This document shows, piece by piece, positions 12,479 to 25,615 of a stretch of 64,000 bases of DNA. Origin of the DNA: Owenia fusiformis. Lineage: Eukaryota. The DNA lies in contig CAIIXF020000001.1 in the NCBI GenBank assembly GCA_903813345.2, positions 29,202,001-29,266,000 on the forward strand. The letters run 5' to 3'. Positions within the stretch are counted from its first letter, which is position 1. Every line of letters begins with the position of its first letter. Position numbers and translations under genes: made by a program. The notes beneath the pieces are model-generated. The model was not told the origin of the DNA and did no database searches. It saw nothing but the letters and a program-made list of their open reading frames with translations.

Positions 12479-12805
12479 CTGAAAAGGAGAACACGTGAAG
12501 GTATTTAATTTATTAATTATAATCTAGGTTATTAGAAAAGATGGTGTTACTTTTCAGATTCAAACAATGTTGAAAGGTGAGGTGCTGTTTCAACATATAA
12601 GTTCAATATTACAATACAGTAGGTATGGTAAACATTATTACATTCTAGCCCAGGGAGAACATGCTTTTATTTTGGAAAGCAAATGTCTCTTGAAACTGAA
12701 AGCCCATGATTTAAAGATCAACCCAGAGGTCTGGAATCATTTAGCATCAATCTAACTTAACGTAAAAATGACAACTGGTCTGTAACTAATTTTGATTTGA
12801 CTTAC

Positions 12806-12990
12806 GTTATGTTCATATCAACACTGACCCCAGCGACTTGTCTCTCGGTGGTCATTAGAGCACATGTCGAGACGACATCTACCAGAGTTGCCGTCATTCC
12901 ACCATGTAAACTTCCACCTCTGTTCTGTTCATCTTCTGTTACTGTCAGTTCACATACACAGTTACCATTACCTGCAGACACAACACGGAG
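12806..12990 (-). CDS. ACOT13: Acyl-CoA thioesterase 13 (THEM2), exon 2
   Basis: Acceptor TGTTGCAG and donor GTAAGT at 12805; 185 nt. Contains NRGGSLHGGMTATLVDVVST (hotdog-fold HGG...D motif) and GVSVDMNIT. Confidence 0.95.
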
Positions 12991-13226
12991 CTGCAACATA
13001 TAACTTATTATATATTGCATGATCGCCAAAGGGGAAGAGAGGTATGTAAAGGGGTATTAAATATGCTTTAGTTTAGAAGTTTCACAACCTACATGTAATT
13101 TAGGAGTGATGTGTCCCATAATATTAACAATATATATATCCACAAAATCTTGCTAATTTCTATGCAGATTCTTGAATCAAAGTGCTAAAAATATAAATAG
13201 AATGGACATAAACATGACATACTTTA

Positions 13227-13440
13227 CAGGGTGTCAAATAAATATGTCCCCCCCCCTTAATTTCAAAAGTATGAACTTTTGTGCATAAATGAGCATCTAT
13301 TTGAGCCAGTCATCTGAAACTTCTTGTGGAGTTGCTCCATGAAGCCTAGTTTTATTGGGCTAAAGAGCAACTTAGATATCATGCAGACAAAGTTATGCAA
13401 TATTATGTATGGGGGAGAACATTTTTATTTGACACCCCTG
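13227..13440. mobile_element. Tc1/mariner-type MITE in ACOT13 intron 1
   Basis: TA|CAGGGTGTCAAATAAA ... TTTATTTGACACCCCTG|TA, i.e. TIRs flanked by TA. Confidence 0.8.
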
Positions 13441-13719
13441 TAGACACTGGTTGAACTTGAACTTGAACTATCTCGAGATAGACGTCCTTGATCTAGTCGA
13501 AACTATTAAATTATTATTTGACCAAAGAACACTGCGACGTACATCAGATTTACAATCTAATCTACATGTACTAATAAAAGATGACTAGACCTCAATGGCA
13601 GTCACTATTTGTATATTATCACCCACAAATTTTTGAAGACATTCATTTACTCTAATTTTGAGTCTTTTTCTTTGTAATCAGTAAAAGAATTTGTAGACTA
13701 AATTCCAACTTCAACTTAC

Positions 13720-13797
13720 ACCTTTCATAACTGTATCAAACCCCCTCTCCTTCGTCATAAACTGCATAAGTTGACGAACCAAACTTGTAGACGGCAT
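13720..13797 (-). CDS. ACOT13: Acyl-CoA thioesterase 13 (THEM2), exon 1 (MPSTSLVRQLMQFMTKERGFDTVMKG)
   Basis: ATG at 13797 and donor GTAAGT at 13719, phase 0. Contains the GFD motif of the THEM2 N-terminus. The three exons sum to 432 nt = 143 aa plus stop. Confidence 0.88.
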
Positions 13798-13817
13798 TTT
13801 TGTTCAGAGGTCAATTG

Positions 13818-13880
13818 GTCACGTGATTTGTTTGGGGAATCCCCTTTCATAGTGTTCATTGTGAAACTGAAAGTGAAACT
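13818..13880. promoter_or_regulatory. ACOT13 proximal promoter: E-box/CLEAR-like site, NF-kB site and IRF-E/ISRE
   Basis: GTCACGTGA at 13818-13826, GGGGAATCCCC at 13834-13844 and GAAACTGAAAGTGAAACT at 13863-13880, all 21-83 bp upstream of the ATG. Confidence 0.65.
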
Positions 13881-16800
13881 ATTTCTTGCATTGTACAAAG
13901 GCATTTGCCAGATTTTCTTCATCTTGATTCCTATCGTATATATTCAGTAATTCAGTACTGAATTTACTTAGCAGCCTACTACTTTAGCAGCCTACTGACG
14001 TTATCTACAAAAGGAAAAGATCTGACTGGGGATCTATGATTTCTATTCTTGTAAGACTTATGAATAAATGTATGTGTACCATGTGTACTGATGACAATTC
14101 ATTTTAATATTTTGGAAACGCTCTGTGGTTTTGAAATATCAGTATCCTAATCAGACCAGGATATCAAAATGAAATCATATATATGATTATACATTTATTT
14201 TGACGGATATCTACAATGTAATACTGTATTAAATATTACATTTCCATATACTGGTATTAATTTCAATTTGACATTAGGCTCTATTACACGAAAATATGCA
14301 AGTAAATCATATACAAGAGATAAATAGATTGCAGTCCTCACCCTTTATGTACATATGTTAGATGTGCAACTACTCTGAGCTAATATGTTTGTACACCACC
14401 CTCTAGTCCCTCTTCCTGGGACTGATCATTCTCATGCAATAGTTTCTTGTTCAATCAATCAGAGAGCACCATAGAGTTTAGAAATTATATCTAGTTATTT
14501 AAAAACAACAGAGTGAACAGACAACTAGGTTCTGCAAGTCTAGAAGCTTATCAGTAATCTTAAGAGTGTCATATGAGTTAACTCACTCTGGTAAAGGGTA
14601 AGCAAATTAATGCACAATATGAGTTAATAACCTTTTAGCAATGCATATACATGCACATGTATACTCTTGTACTTTTTCAAACAGAATAACTTTCAAGACA
14701 GAATCAGCCAGTAAACAAAGTGGATACTTTCAGTGATGCTATATACAAAATACACCTATTATGATGTTAAATCTATTTAAAACTTTTAGTCTACTTTTTC
14801 AAGTTATCAAAATAAATCAAAAGTATATCAGGGGTTCATTGGTCTCTATGTAACATCTTTTTCTTAGCCCATTCAAGACCTAAAAAGGTTCTGATTCATT
14901 AATGAGTCAAAACCCTATGTATGACATTGGCTATAGCTCAAAAATTGACATACCTCATGTTATTGAATAAGGGATTAATCCAATGTGTGATTTACTTTTT
15001 GCATAAACTTGAGATTTACCAGACAGATATTGCTGAAATATAAGTTGCCTTTCTCATAGACATGGAAGCCCCACCTCTAGTGACTTTTTGACTGTAAGAC
15101 TTTCAGAAGTGTCACTGGGGTCGTGACAAATCTCAGATATATAAAGAAAACCCCAGAGGCGCACACCTACCTTTCTCAAAGACACTGAATAATAGTCAAT
15201 GCAAAGTTTATCAAAAATAAATCTGAACAAATATATTTCTGTAGCCTTATGATTGGATACTCCCCTGACCTATTGTATTTATTTATGACTTTTGCCATTT
15301 CAGAACTGTTTGTCTCACCTTTGAAATGGTGCCCCTGTTCAATGAACATGTACAAACAGTTTCAGATCAGTTCAGCTGGTACATTGTTTCATGATAATTA
15401 AATTGTAAAAGTCATATGCCATTGAAAAGTGAATGTTCATTCTGACTCATCATTTATACGCCATCAACAGTCATTTTATACAGTTTTATTTCACTTATAA
15501 TTTCCAATTATAAATTAATGTTGTTTCAATAAAGGAATCATACAGATCAATAAAAGCCACTCAAAACTGACCTTAAGGGGTCATGGTCATTCAAAAGACT
15601 AAAGGGCCATGTACATATTCAAGGCCATTTGTTCATCAACATTCTCATGCCAATCCTTATAGTATGAAAAACTAAGTCATACTCTGGCCCAATAATTGTT
15701 TCTAATTTATATTTTCCTTGTTTAAATGAAACACTGGGTCAAACAAAAGGCTTTTCATTTGGATTAAATGCACATAAAACTCAGGTTATCAGTTTACATA
15801 GAAACAATTAGAAGGCCTTTGTTTATTAATTTCAATAATGTAACTGACCAGTGGGTATTTTATTGCTCTTTTTATGAATAATCAATAACAAATAATGTTG
15901 AAAGTCTTTTAATGGCACATCACCATACTTTTATTTCAGGATAATGACATGAGCTCAGTGAGACTCATATTTTATCATCTTAAACTCTTTTATCCATTAG
16001 TGAAGAAAATATATCTTAGAGCTAAAAGCTGTAATTCTCATATACCCTAAAACAATCACTATTCATAATGATACGAGTATAAGATACTCAATCGATAGAT
16101 TTGGACAAACTTTTCCAAATTATCAAAGGATTGGTATCGATATGGTGAACTTAATTCAACAATGTTTTTCTCTTAAACAAATTATTCAAAACATTCTGTA
16201 ATAAAAAAACATGGTCCTTTATGTAATTTTGACTGATTGACAATTAATTGCCAAAATAATTTATTATATTTTATATAACTGTTTTTATTAACCTCTTTTG
16301 TTTTTTTAGTGCAATTGTTTTTTGTTCCTTTTTAACAATTCTTGAGAATGAAATATCTTTCCGAAGCTTGTTGGAACAATATAGCATATACAACATTTTC
16401 TTAGACCTCTCAATATTATAGTTATACAAAGGAAATTTTGGTCGATTTGACAAAAAGTATTCAAAAAATTAAAACAAAAACCCTCAAAATAGATAAAAAT
16501 GAAGATAAACCTTTTATTTCATTAACAAGATACTTTTTTTTAAATCAACCAAACTTTCCTTTGTACATTTACAATAATGAGAGACCTTAACATGTCGTAT
16601 TCATGTCATTTTGTTCCAATGAGGTTCGGATAGATGTTTTCATTTCATTCCGAACATGATGATACCAAGAACAAAAGAAGTATCTGATGTGTTTTCTAAA
16701 ACAATATAGGGAAAAGTATATTTTTTCAAATTATATTGTTACATTGATGACCATTAAATTGACGATGTGTAAAATTTTTTTGTGTTCAAAAAGTTCACCA

Positions 16801-16970
16801 TATCGATACCCATCCTTTAATATAATTCTTCACCCTGTGGTAAGAAATATGACAGGTTTACATTGCATTGACCATTGAATGCACCTTTCTAATTAATGGC
16901 AATAATGCGAGTTGAATAATCTTGATTTACGTCATAAAATATTCAAAATTCAGTCAAAGTGATATTTCAG

Positions 16971-17062
16971 TTAAAGGGAACTTTCTACTATCTTCACCAT
17001 GGTATCTGACCCGAATGAGCCACCTGGTGGTGAAACTGGTAACTACTCGCATCTGAGTAACT
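16971..17062 (-). mobile_element. Fragment of a dispersed repeat homologous to 63740-63790, carrying a CTCF-like motif
   Basis: The reverse complement tactcagatgcgagtagttaccagtttcaccaccaggtggc matches aactcagatgcgagtaggtagttaacaaattcaccaccaggtagc at 63742-63786. Confidence 0.55.
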
Positions 17063-20000
17063 TTTTAAACTATTTTTCCAATCTTCGATAAAACATAAAA
17101 AAAAGGTTTATGACCAAGTGTTATGATTGTATAATTTATATGGCATTACAGGCTCAAAAAGTATTTTAGAGTTATCTAGTATTAGCATTATAGCTGTTAT
17201 GCCCTCCTAATCCTTTTGAAGTATGTACAATAATTGTAGTCTATTGATGATTGAAGTCCATTCATTTTTTGTGTAAAAGCTTGAAGGAAAATGTTGCAGG
17301 AAAGTCCCTTCCATTTATGCTGTTTTGGTACATGAGACACAAACTGTGTTACATATTCATACAATGTACAAATACCTTAAGCTCAAAGAAATCTTTGCCA
17401 TGAGAGCTGAGATGAATCCCATAGTGGTAACCATACCCTTCTTTTTCTCCCCTAAAAGTGGCACCCACAAGCACCGGCTATGTTGATAAGAAGGTCTTGT
17501 AAATCAGATGTGATAAGCTTGCACAGTTTAATTTGAAAATATGAAGTCATTTGATAGTTAATGTCAAAGGGGTCATTGCTGCAAGAGAACCCTGTGCCAC
17601 CCCAGTAAGAAGTGGGAATTTCTTTTTGCGTTCTTTAAAATATTAACATATTTCAGTCAATGAAACTACCTTTTGTATCTTCACACGTTATAAAATCCAT
17701 TTAGAGTAGAATTCAGTGCAAAAATATGAGGCGGCGCCTAAAAGCCTCGATAGATAACAATATAAATGATTGTGCATGTTTGATAATTGTGTTAATTCAA
17801 TAATTCATATTGCATTATTTGTTTAGTTAATCACAAGTTTTTTATTAATCTGCGTCATCATTAGTTCACTGAACAGCCATAAATATATGAATGATCAAAC
17901 AGAATAAAATTGTAAATTCAAATAATAGCTGACATTTATTTGAGAAAAATGGTTGCATATATATGCTCTATAATATACTAAAGTATAGCATGCCAAAAGA
18001 AAATATACATATACATATTTTGCCTCTTAAGGCTTTCAACCTAGGATGATATCTTCAAAAATATTGGTTCATAGAGAATAGTATGAGATAACAAACTGGG
18101 ATGGTATTTTGTAACTTATAAAAATCACCATTTATAACCTATCAATATACATGTACATGTGTTCTAATGTATTCTATAAGGGTATTAAAAGACTTGCTTG
18201 AATTTCTAGAAATGAGGAATAATTTGAGATATGGGCCAAAAGTTACAAAAAAAATATTAAAGATTGTATCACCGCTATTGGTCCATATATTCAAAATCAC
18301 TTCCGAAGAGCAGCAGTCTTCTAATACTGTACATTATTTAGGTATAAATTTTAATATATGGCATCCCAATTCTTCACTGGGAGACAGTGATATAGTATTT
18401 AACATATGAAATATTTACATGAGTTAAAGGGATCTTTCTAGCAATGCAATAACAATTGTAAGTGTGGTGAATAGTCATACCAGTATACAATTTACGTACA
18501 TTAACATGTTATTTACTTTAAGGGAGAATCACAGAAATAGACAACTTTTTTAAAAAATAGTTTCTATTTCAAATAAGTTGGAAAATGGCAACATCCTTTG
18601 TTCATATTATCAGAATGGAGGTTTCAACCATTAAGCAATTGTAACCAAACACAAAGCATAAAAGATCCCATGAAATAGTGCTAAAATAATGAATAAATTT
18701 CCTTGAAAACAGATGAAAACATTGATGACTAAATGCCCTAAATGCAAAGCCTTTGCAGAGAAATATGAAAAGTTCATAATATTCTTCATGCTTTGTTAAG
18801 CCTTTTCATGACTAAAAACAGCAATAAATTAAGTTTTTACAAGCAAGCACTCTAACAAGCCATGAATTAATCTAGCAAGCTCTACGTTCAATTATGCGAG
18901 TGCTGTAGCCGGGGTACTAACTAGCAATATGAAAACTCTGAAAAAATATGAGCTATATAAAGTAGTACCCCAGATAAAACATCCACATCAATTACCAAGC
19001 AGATACCATATTTGTAAAAACATTTTATAAAATAGTCCCCTTTAAAATACATTTTGGTATTTTCATCAACAACAAAACTGAACAAGATTTGTACATATAT
19101 CTGTAAAAGTTGACAATAGACTGCAAAGTCCACAACCACTTTGGTCTACCTACTACCCCATTCTACCCGATGTAAGTTTAACAAGGTCCTTTAACTAAAT
19201 ATGAAATTGGATCATTTACCCAGCAGAACAAGTGGTTGAAACTGATTCAAAGTAAAATACTGTCACTTAAATGATATGTAGACAAGTAAGTGGTTAACAT
19301 GAATAATGGGTATTTACAGATGAGCATTTAGACTAAATGATGGTTAGTTTACTTGTAGAAGTTACATGCAGACACATACATGTAGAGAAAGTACAGAACA
19401 TATAAGAATAATGCTGTTTAATCAATCCACCGGTTCACCAAACTACTACTACTACATAAACTGCAAATATTCTAAATGTACAACTTGATGTGTACATTCT
19501 AAAATCAGACATTTTCTTTCTTATTTCATCACATTTCTTAATTAACATGACACTGCACACTCCAGTTGTCTTTTATTTGCAGCCACATTTGATGTGAATC
19601 GTGGGCATAAAGTAAGTTTAGAGTCGTAAGTGACATTAAGTAACAAGGATCCATCTCGATGAAAGCTTAAGAAAAATAATTTTCCCTCATTTTCAATATG
19701 ATGTTTAATGATTTATTCAAATTGAATATGTTATTTTGACAAGAATTTATCTGATATTATATTAAACTGATACACTCTTGGAGAGGTTTTGGTTAGATCC
19801 ATTGAACTACTATATAATGTAGAAGTATTATAGTATAATGGTTCAGAAACAAAGTCTCTCTTACTATTTTATATCTTTTCAAATTGTGCAACACAAATTA
19901 TATATCTAGTTGGTTTAAGTAGAGATACACTTAAAATGGGATATTACACATTGATAAATATCACACCGAACTTGAAATTAAAAATAGGTGCTGATTGAAT

Positions 20001-22045
20001 TACCCATCGTGCCCAAAACCTCTTGGTACTAGTTTGCTACTGCAAGACTTTCAAGTTAAATGGATGAACAGTCTCCTAGTTTCAATTCAAACATCAATGA
20101 CACAGGGTTTCTTTTGCTTGTCAATTGACACCAATCAGCACAAGATAATGACAATATGACGACACTTTTTAAGTGCAATAAAAATCAGACCAAGATGTTA
20201 CAACAGCACATATCATCCCCGGTAATGTGACATGTGACTTTAATGATGTCCGGTGTTATTTCAGAAACTCTTGTTTGACTTTAATGATGATAATGCCTCC
20301 AATTAAAGTCAGAATTGGACACTTTTTAAGTACATTCTACATGAATATTTTACAAAGAATATCTCCAGTAAATGTACTTACATTCATTTGTAAAACATAT
20401 ACTAGTATTGAGATGTTCCCTATTTTAGTGTTTTCCACTGAACACATATGACAAACCCTGCCATGCCCTCTAAAATGAACACCTCTTCATATATAGTTAT
20501 TTTTATCTAACCAGACGGATCTTTAGAGTAAACCTACTTATGCTTTCTAGAGCATATAAGACTGAGTTGCACAATTTGAAGTAAACATACAACTTACAAA
20601 ATATATAGGAAAAGATTTTTATACAACATTTGAATCATCTATAAACTAGCTACAACCCTGTTTCCTTGTTAATAACTGGTATATATATAATACATATCTA
20701 TGAGGTTTAGCAGAAATGTATTTATGTATCCTCTAGAATACATGGAATATAAAATAGAATCATTCACATTGTTTTGCATAGTTGCCATAAATGCACTATT
20801 CATTAAAGTTGCTAAGTGAATGATGACTTTGAATAGAAAAAGTGTTGTGTAATGATACATCTGAAATTCATGTCTGTTTACTCAGGTCAAGTTTCCCAAA
20901 GAATATAGTCCATGATTAGTGCTGGTCAACTGTAATCATGGCATAGCAATAAGAAGCATGAATGATACTTGCTTATTGTATTATACAGAAATCTAAGACC
21001 TTGAAACATGCATGAACAAAAATAATAGATTTGGCAATTAATTTCATGTATAAAACCCTCAAAGTATAATCAAATTGGGACCTAGATTTTATGTAAAAAC
21101 AGTGAAAAACTAGGTCCTAGAAACGCCATAGTTTGTACTTTTGCAATGAGAATACTAGATATAGTACATAGGTCTACAACGTACATAAAATTGACCACCT
21201 TTATTGGGTTCTACACACATTACTTCACTGTTGAGTGAATACAATAGAAATACAATATATAAGATCCTACCATACATTGGTTCACTCCCAACCTGTTTAC
21301 TGGCAATAGATGTCAGCACTGAGACTCTGTTAAATACTTTATAAGGTAGTAAGTACCCTTGTCAATTGTCATGGAGTCTTTGGATTTTTTGATTTTTGTT
21401 ATGAAATTCGTTCAAGTTTAGCAGATGCAGTAATTAAATCCAGGAATAACATTGAATGTGCACTATGCTCTTGATTTTAGAACATTATGATTGTTAAAAA
21501 ACTTTGAGTAGTCTTATATGAGTTATGACCCTGAGTGTTTTGTTGATATTGTTGCATATCACCCTGTTTCATATGTATATAAGTTGTACTTCAGTTTACA
21601 GAATTTGATATTGATGCTCTATAAAAAATTGTTTGCGACCCCCAACCATGACATATTGTACAAGGATATATAATGCTTTCGGTATAATAGCCATATAATA
21701 CATGGAAACATGTACAAAACATACACAATAATATGCTCACATTAAAATACAATGTAGTTATAACATGGAGAAATCACTCATTAAAACAGATTACTTGATT
21801 TCATGGTATGAAGAAATATAAATCGTCAATGAACAATTTATATTTCAAGTATTATAATAAAACACCCCTCTCAAGAAAAAGAATGAAAAATACTAAAATT
21901 GCCATATTCCAGATACAATAGTTGAATACTGTGTGAAAATCTTGTGAGAAAATATATTAAAAATCACAGTAACATGTGAGGCCATTATCTATTGACTTAC
22001 AGACTGTGGTCTATTATTTCCAATAACAAAATAATCATGTATGCA

Positions 22046-22896
22046 CACCCTATGCAGACAGAGCCTGTGGGAAATATTGGGTGGGGAGCAAATGAGCGGA
22101 GGGTGCGGAGCTAACGGTCATTTTTGAATTTAAATTTGGGATATTTCTGGAACTAAGCCGTTTTGGGACTTCAAATATACCAAGATATGTGTATTTGACA
22201 CCAAATATCAATACGATTGTGAAAATAGTAGCGCAATTCATTCTATAGCGACGCAGTGTGCCTTAAACCTTTCCCAGACCTATATATTTTGATATTATCC
22301 TTTTAATACTGAGTCCCCAGCATTCATAAAAAATGGTGTTCAAGGTACACTATCTATACAAATTATTTTTGCATCTTGGAAGCCAGGCAGTATCAGTGTG
22401 ATTTTATAAAAATTCGGAAATGTTTTTCAGATATGAGCCCCCTCTAAATATTGGGTGCGGAGCAGCTCCATAAACGTAGCTCCGCACCCAATATTTAGAG
22501 GGGGCTCATATCTGAAGAACATTTCCGAATTTTTATAAAATCACACAGATACTGCCTGGCTTCCAAGATGCAAAAATAATTTGCATGGGTAGTGTATCTT
22601 GAACACCATTTTTTATGAATGCTGGGGACGCAGTATTAAAAGGATAGTCTCAAAATATATAGGTCTGGGAAATGTTTAAGGCATACTGCGTCGCTATAAA
22701 ATGAATTGCGCTACTATTTTCACAATTTTATTGATATTTGGTGTCAAATACACATATCTTGGTATATTTGAAGTCCCAAAACGGCTTAGTTTAAGAAATA
22801 CCCCAATTTTAAATTCAAAAATGACCGTTAGCTCCGCACCCTCCGCTCATTTGCGCCGCACCCAATATTTCCCACAGGCTCTGTCTGCATAGGGTG
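22046..22896. mobile_element. 851-bp palindromic MITE with CAC...GTG termini and 5-bp TSD (Transib-like)
   Basis: Arms 22046-22463 and 22479-22896 (418 bp each) around a 15-nt spacer. ATGCA is duplicated at 22041-22045 and 22897-22901. Confidence 0.85.
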
Positions 22897-23887
22897 ATGC
22901 ACGGTTTATTGCAAGCCTGTTATTTTTTGTGATTTAGAATTCATTTTAACCCAGTGCTATGCTATGATATGAGATCAGAAATCTCATTCAATGTTTTCAT
23001 AAAAAATATGACCATTACTTGGATGTAAAAATTGCAATCAGAAGATATGGTACAATTCACTCACACAGTTCTGGTAAAACAATAAAAGCTCACATGATTT
23101 TCTCACAATCACAGGGTATAAGATATCAATTTCAGCAAATTCCAAACCTCAGAAGTTACTATGAAACAAGCCTCCAAACATAGTATCATATTCAAAAATG
23201 GTACTTGGAATAAAATATACATAACAAATGTAGGTGTAAATGGACAAGGAATTATAACAGTAATGTTAACACTTGTAAATAAAACTCCAGTATAAATATA
23301 ATAATTATTGTACCATGAGGAAATAATGTTAAATGTACAGATAAAGTATACTAGTAGTATACTATACAATAAACAAACACACACACACACAGTCATTAAT
23401 GTGTTAAACGTAATAAAAAAGCTGTTTGTTTAATTGATGTTGGTCAAACCTTAAGATGGTCAGCATGGCTATAGCAATGTGTATATGATAATACACATAT
23501 ACATTCATAATTTGAAATGTTTTTAACAATTTTCTACCAGTCTTTTCACATTTTCATTACTAAACAAAACAAACACAGCAAAAACAACATTGTCTCTGAA
23601 AAAATATAACTGAAAGAGCAGAATTGAAAAACAAGCCTGATAACATATTATACTGGCAAGATTCAATATCAATAAAAAACAACTTATTTAGAGATTGATC
23701 GTGAAAAACAAAAACTATAATCTGACCTTTATATGGATGAGAAATTGAGATACATGGTGGGTACTCTAATAGTTACTTGATAATCAGTAATATAAATCAC
23801 TTAATGTAAAATCAATTCAATCAAAGAAATAACAATGGTTGAAAACTGAGCCGATGATGCATTCAACATCCTCGGTGATATACATAT

Positions 23888-24072
23888 ACATAAACCTGTC
23901 AAATCTGAACACCAGAGGGACTGATCAAAACTGTTCACAATAGCGGGTGTTCACATTTCAGGGTTTTTAAATATGTGAATCAATGGGGGATAACAAATTT
24001 GGGACGAGAAAAGTGTTCATATTGAGAGGTGTTCAGATTAAAGGTATGTTTGATTATACAGGTTTCACTGTA
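23888..24072. mobile_element. Small pogo/Tigger-like MITE; related pieces at about 25237-25318, 27995-28106, 49853-50017 and 51752-51880
   Basis: taaacctgtc...acaggtttcactgTA ends and a shared internal aacacctct/aagtgttcatatt motif across the copies. Confidence 0.55.
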
Positions 24073-24924
24073 CAAACATATATACCCGTTGTATATGTCC
24101 GTTTTCTGACATATGGGTCACTAGCTATACAGGTTTTTACTGAACTATACAATTTATTGAATAGTTGTATAGTAATAATAATTATCTATATGGATATTTG
24201 TACAGAAGTAGCATAAAAAGATTTATGACATTGTATTGTTGGATTAACATTGATGAATAAAGTTATAATCACTCTCGGTACACCTGAAATAAGAACATTC
24301 CAGAGGCGACAAATGAACCCTTACTGCCTTTCCCTCAAATAACATATACTTTTTAGTTTTTTAAAATATGAACTTTAACCCAGTTCAGATTTCTAAAGTT
24401 ACTCTCCATATTTAAGTGTTTTTTAATGAATTTATGTGAAGATTCCTCAATTCTGAACAAAATGAACAAATGTTAAGTGATAGGTGGTGTTTCCTTGATG
24501 AAATCCAAATACTAAATGATCACAAAGCTCATGAACGATCAGAGGCCATCATATTTACAGAGACATTACGAACATAATAATAACTGTAAAGAGCAAGAGA
24601 ATCAGGTTGATCTCCTGTTATTGATTCTTATTACACATGTGTTATTAATTGGCCATGTTTGAAGATTAATAAAAGCAGTGAGTTATACCAGCAGGTTCCA
24701 TCATTTACATCAAATGGAGATTTTTTGTCAAACAGCTTTTATAAATGTTCAATCCTTTTATTTCGTATGTGTGTGTGTGTTTTTATTACCTCATTGACAG
24801 CTATTTATAATATCATTCTTAAAAGTGAAATAATAGAACTAGAGTTTGGCATTATAGGAAAATGTGGCAAATAATATAACAGATGAAATCAGTATCAGTC
24901 TAACCCGTAAGGAAATATAGAGCG

Positions 24925-25150
24925 CACATACTTTCATAAGGCTCATATATTTTCTTGTAGATGAGCTCCTATTTTCATACAGAGCTCATATTTTTCATAT
25001 ATAGAGCTCGTATATTTTTTCATATATCATAGTCATATACAATATGTTCATATATTATGTATAATATATATATTATCATATATAATGATCATATATATTT
25101 TCAAACACAGAGCTTATATATTTTCATATAGAGAGCTCATATATTTTCAT
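24925..25150 (+). repeat. Low-complexity AT-rich degenerate tandem repeat (gagctcatatattttcata)
   Basis: Repeated gagctc/atatattttcat motifs. Confidence 0.6.
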
Positions 25151-25615
25151 GCCTTATAGGTTTTACTGAAATATACAGTAAATCGTATGTGGTAGATTTC
25201 ATGCTCAGACCACACTAAAGAACAGTAAACAGGTAATACAGTAAAACCTACTTCTGTAAAGAAATCTCTCAGAGTAAATTTTTAGCCTCAGGAGTTACTT
25301 TAGACAGGTTTTACTGTATTTAAGTACTGTAGCGTACATTAGTGCACTTTAAAAGTAAAAACATATATGTATGTGTTACATAGAAAATCTTTCATTTTCA
25401 TGTGTGAAAAATCTTTGGTTTTCAGTGTCAAGTCAGATTTGACCATACCCATGATAATTGGGCAATTGGGTCTTAACTGGCCTATATAAGACATTCAACC
25501 AATGGCATTGTAGGTCAGAGTTGAGTGTTCGTGACACAGGCCTGGAGAAGCCTTCTTATATGCAATGATGACTATATACACTATGATACAGTTGTGCCTA
25601 ACACATTAGAGAATT

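Noticed and set aside
22050..22892. Twin 63-aa ORFs on opposite strands (MNCATIFT...)
   Set aside because: Mirror images produced by the palindrome; no recognisable protein family.
13881..25600. A head-to-head protein-coding neighbour of ACOT13 (TDP2 in human)
   Set aside because: No + strand exons with recognisable coding character were found in this interval.
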